The position numbers and the translations under genes were made by a program. 32,000 bases of DNA from Promethearchaeota archaeon (lineage in GTDB: Archaea; Asgardarchaeota; Lokiarchaeia; Sigyniarchaeales; Promethearchaeaceae): contig JAFGBS010000019.1 of the NCBI GenBank assembly GCA_016933055.1, positions 120,001 to 152,000 on the forward strand. Reading direction: 5' to 3'. The notes below the pieces were generated by a model. That model was given only the letters and a program-made list of their open reading frames with translations, was not told the DNA's origin and ran no database searches. Shown one piece after another: positions 26,628 through 32,000 of this stretch. Each line of letters begins with the position of its first letter. Within the stretch, counting starts at the first letter, position 1.

Positions 26628-27611
26628 TTATCTTCGTTTTGACTTCTTTAGAAAGTCTTCTACATCTATCCCAATATTCTTATGAATATATTCATGTAAA
26701 AATTCGATTTTATGTTTATCTTTTTCAATATTTCCTAATTCCCGAGCAAGATTGGACTGATTCTTATATTTCCATATTACATTAATGTATTCAGTTACCA
26801 CATCAATAAATTCGAGATAATTTTTTCGGAATATCAAAATTAGATCCATTTCCCCCAATCCCTTTTTTTTTAATATTGATTGGATGAGCTGTTTTTCATA
26901 GGTTGCAGTGTAATATTTCTGCTTAGTCCAACCCCGATTGTCCACATTAAAGGTTGAAAATTCAATTTCAGAATTATTGGGGTATTTATTAGAAATGTAG
27001 AGATCAGTGTAGGCATTTAATTCGCTTGTAACATGAATTGGAATTAAACTCTGAACCAATCCTCCCAACTTCTTGGTTAGGAAATCATCACCTACAAGAA
27101 CAAGTTTATGATTTGCCGCATGTCGTAATACTAACGAAAGGTTATCTAAATTAATTAACTCAATTGCTCCTTGGAGAGTTAAGGTTTGTCGAGTAGTAAG
27201 ATCGACTGATTCCTCCGCTGCTTGCGCACGATATACTTCTTTTTGAGTATCTGTTATTTCCTGGAAGGAATCAAACACAGTGTACTCCCCGTTATGATTA
27301 ACGAGTTCCTGATTATACTCCTCAATAAACTGATTCAAAAGGGGGATGAGGAAATGCATTTTAATCAGATCATCGGAATCCTCTTGATCCGATATACAAA
27401 TCCCAATTAATTGTTGTTTTGTCGTGTAAAGCCATTTACGATTTGCGATTACCATAGTCCGAATTTGTCCTTCTCCAATAGATTCTGCAAAATTTCGTAT
27501 AGCGGATATAAAACCTGACAAAAGTGAGAGATCCGTATGATTTTTCCCTTCATAATCACGACTGAATAAATAATCACCTGTTTCAGAAATTATAAGGAAA
27601 TGTTGGATCAT
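26628..27611 (-). CDS. Longin-domain protein with DENN-like C-terminal region; start ATG 27611 or TTG 27656
   Basis: HFLIISETGDYLFSRDY...LLSGFISAIRNFAESI...IRTMVI...WLY...IGICISD...LLNQFIEEY is a longin/sigma-adaptin-like pattern. The C-terminal assignment is tentative. Confidence 0.7.
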   Translation of the reverse strand: MIQHFLIISETGDYLFSRDYEGKNHTDLSLLSGFISAIRNFAESIGEGQIRTMVIANRKWLYTTKQQLIGICISDQEDSDDLIKMHFLIPLLNQFIEEYNQELVNHNGEYTVFDSFQEITDTQKEVYRAQAAEESVDLTTRQTLTLQGAIELINLDNLSLVLRHAANHKLVLVGDDFLTKKLGGLVQSLIPIHVTSELNAYTDLYISNKYPNNSEIEFSTFNVDNRGWTKQKYYTATYEKQLIQSILKKKGLGEMDLILIFRKNYLEFIDVVTEYINVIWKYKNQSNLARELGNIEKDKHKIEFLHEYIHKNIGIDVEDFLKKSKRR

Positions 27612-27666
27612 TGGCTTAACACTGTTTAATATTGATAGGTATGATCCACCATCCAAACTATCTTAA

Positions 27667-27701
27667 AGGTTTTCCTTTAAAAAATTTTTAAAAAAAAACC
27701 T
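27667..27701 (-). repeat. 35-nt inverted repeat between the zinc-ribbon gene and the longin gene
   Basis: Minus strand AGGTTTTTTTTTAAAAA-T-TTTTTAAAGGAAAACCT; 15 of 17 arm positions are Watson-Crick and the other two are U-G. Confidence 0.6.
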
Positions 27702-27711
27702 AAAATAGTTC

Positions 27712-28263
27712 TCATCTACTAAGGGTCGATCCACAAATGCTGCAATGGGTTAGATCTTCATCTATTTCTGCACCGCATGCGGGACAGAATTGCACTATAG
27801 ATCCCGTAACAATCAGATTGGAATTATCTGGAATTAATTTCTCTTCCGTAGCACGCTTTTCTCCATCGAGATCCACCTGACGTGCGTATGTTATAATTTT
27901 AAGGCTCTGACCACAATTTTCGCAGAAATCTCGTCTCTTAGCACGTTGATTACATTTTGGACAATACCAAAATACACGAGCACCACAGTCATCACAATAT
28001 TTTTTACCACGATACACTTGTTTTCCGCAATTTGGACAAATTCTAATACCATTTCGGGCGTAATGAATCGTATAAAATAAAGAGCCAAGCCAAAATGGAG
28101 CAAATGCAATATTTGCCACCACCATAGCAGTAATATATTCACGTGATCCAGCCGGGATTGAAAAAACTAATACAAAACCAATTCCTACTAAAATCCACCA
28201 TATTGTGGCAAAAGCTCGACTTGGGTATCTATTTTTTCTTTTTTCATTTCGATTTTTTCCCAT
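27712..28263 (-). CDS. Membrane-anchored multi-zinc-ribbon (double zinc ribbon-type) protein
   Basis: Two N-terminal TM helices, then six CxxC pairs: CPNC, CDDC, CPKC, CENC, CPAC, CSIC. Confidence 0.8.
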   Translation of the reverse strand: MGKNRNEKRKNRYPSRAFATIWWILVGIGFVLVFSIPAGSREYITAMVVANIAFAPFWLGSLFYTIHYARNGIRICPNCGKQVYRGKKYCDDCGARVFWYCPKCNQRAKRRDFCENCGQSLKIITYARQVDLDGEKRATEEKLIPDNSNLIVTGSIVQFCPACGAEIDEDLTHCSICGSTLSR

Positions 28264-28411
28264 GAGAATTCCTACCTAGATTTAATTTAAAAAATATCTT
28301 ATCTCACCATAAATTTTATTCGCTAAATAAATAGATTTTATAATCCAAATTTTAGCAGACGGATAATAAGACAGACTTTGTAACTCATCACCTATCTAGT
28401 ATGCGGTATCA

Positions 28412-30550
<2,139 letters not shown>

Positions 30551-32000
30551 CTATTTTTTGCGTAAGAATTGTTTTAACTTAGCAATATCCCATGAGTTTA
30601 TCACGTCTTGGGATTCAATCCATCCTCTTCTTGCTTGATTGATTCCGTATTTCATATATCGCAATTGCCCTCGGGTATGAGCATCCGTATTAATTGCAAT
30701 TTTCACCTTATATTCTTTACTCCGCTTCAAATTGATAGCGTTCAAGTCTAATCGATGCGGTTGTGCATTACATTCGATTGCGACCTGATTTTTTTGCGCT
30801 ACCTCGAAAATTTTTTCAAATTCTATTTCCGATGGATTGCGTTCATTAATAATTCGATTTGTTGGATGAGATAGTATATTGACTGGTGTTCCGTCTATCG
30901 CTTTAATAACTCGTTGAGTCTGTTCGGAAATAGGAAGGGTGAGGTGGGTATGAATAGATGCCAAGACAACATCTAATTTATCTAAAACCGAATTTGACAA
31001 ATCTAAAGTTCCGTCTTTTTTAATGTCCACTTCCATTCCCTTAAGCACGGTTATATTTTTATAAATCTCATTTAGTGAGTCGATTTTCTGGATTTGCTTA
31101 TCTAATTTTCTCTCATCCATTCCACCCGTCATTGCCATAGATTTACTATGGTCGGTAATCGCGATATAAGCGTATCCTAACTCAATTGCTTGTTGAATCA
31201 TTTCCTCAATGGTATTATTGCCGTCAGTATAACTTGTATGCATTTGTAGGTCTCCTTGAATTTGATCAAATGAAATTAATTTAGGTAGAGCATGGTTCTT
31301 TGAGGCTGTTATTTCCCCTCGATCTTCACGCAATTCTGGAGGGATCCAATCCATATCTAAAAGAGTGTAAATCTCAGCTTCATCTCGACCTGCGATCCAA
31401 TTTTCTTCTTTCCGTGCCTCTGAAGAAGATATTCCCGTTGGTTTTTTGAAGACACCATATTCTGACAAAGTAAAATTCTCAACCAGTGCTAACGACCGTA
31501 GATGGATATTATGAGCTTTAGATCCCGTGAAATATAATAATGCTGCACCAAAATTCTTCGGTTCTATGATGCGAAGATCAACTCGGAAATTGTTTTTCAA
31601 TACTGCAGAAGCCTTAGTTTTACCTGCAGAATCTACTTTTTCAATCCTATTCCAAGTTGTAAAGTATTTCATGACTTCGGGGGCACTCGTCGCCGTAACT
31701 AAGACATCTAAATCACCCACAGTATCTTTTCGTCTACGATAGCTTCCAACCATTTCAAATTGTTGAATTTTTGCATTTCTCTTAAGAAATTCAGTTAAAT
31801 CTTCGGCAATCGCATCGGCATCAGATAATAGTAATCGATTTTTCCAATTTCGATATTTCTGAATTCCTTCCAAGATATTTTGCTCAGTTTTTTTCCCTAT
31901 TCCCCCAATAGTCCTTAAACCTCCGTTTTTTGCAGCGGTTTCTAACTGGTCCACAGTGGTTATATCTGCCTTCTTCCAGATACGATTCACTGTTTTTGGA
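30551..32000 (-). CDS. polX: DNA polymerase X family-PHP fusion, 5'-truncated by the window edge
   Basis: Frame open upstream of GTG 31990 (PKTV...). VGSYRRRKDTVGDLD, VDLR, YFTGSKAHN; PHP motifs DLQMHT, TDHS, SHP, NTDAH. Confidence 0.96.
   Translation of the reverse strand, partial: PKTVNRIWKKADITTVDQLETAAKNGGLRTIGGIGKKTEQNILEGIQKYRNWKNRLLLSDADAIAEDLTEFLKRNAKIQQFEMVGSYRRRKDTVGDLDVLVTATSAPEVMKYFTTWNRIEKVDSAGKTKASAVLKNNFRVDLRIIEPKNFGAALLYFTGSKAHNIHLRSLALVENFTLSEYGVFKKPTGISSSEARKEENWIAGRDEAEIYTLLDMDWIPPELREDRGEITASKNHALPKLISFDQIQGDLQMHTSYTDGNNTIEEMIQQAIELGYAYIAITDHSKSMAMTGGMDERKLDKQIQKIDSLNEIYKNITVLKGMEVDIKKDGTLDLSNSVLDKLDVVLASIHTHLTLPISEQTQRVIKAIDGTPVNILSHPTNRIINERNPSEIEFEKIFEVAQKNQVAIECNAQPHRLDLNAINLKRSKEYKVKIAINTDAHTRGQLRYMKYGINQARRGWIESQDVINSWDIAKLKQFLRKK

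Overview
Gene-dense, AT-rich archaeal chromosomal window. It most likely comes from an Asgard archaeon of the Lokiarchaeia/Promethearchaeota type; this is inferred from a longin-domain protein, an oligosaccharyltransferase with eukaryote-like STT3 motifs and archaeal information-processing genes, and no database search was run. Left half is mostly housekeeping: AglB/STT3 (runs off the left edge, missed by the ORF track), TruA, RFC small subunit, enolase, METTL5-like methylase, Csl4, a DUF2067-like protein, RpoL, an RNase III-like protein, aldehyde:ferredoxin oxidoreductase, an FAD oxidoreductase and a stand-alone EF-1alpha. Right half is more accessory: two radical SAM enzymes, MFS transporter, membrane hydrolase, orphan Dam, GH13 amylase, PadR plus membrane partner, NAD-dependent ligase and PolX-PHP (runs off the right edge). 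There are two tRNA genes: tRNA-Arg(UCG), and tRNA-Pro(UGG) interrupted by a 46-nt non-canonical D-loop intron (15/16). Best leads: the D-loop intron tRNA, a longin plus DENN-like (folliculin-like) protein, an unannotated putative ADP-ribosyltransferase-fold gene just upstream of the orphan EF-1alpha, a PadR operator palindrome over an archaeal promoter, and tandem Ig-like repeats on AglB. No CRISPR array, rRNA, transposase or integrase was seen.
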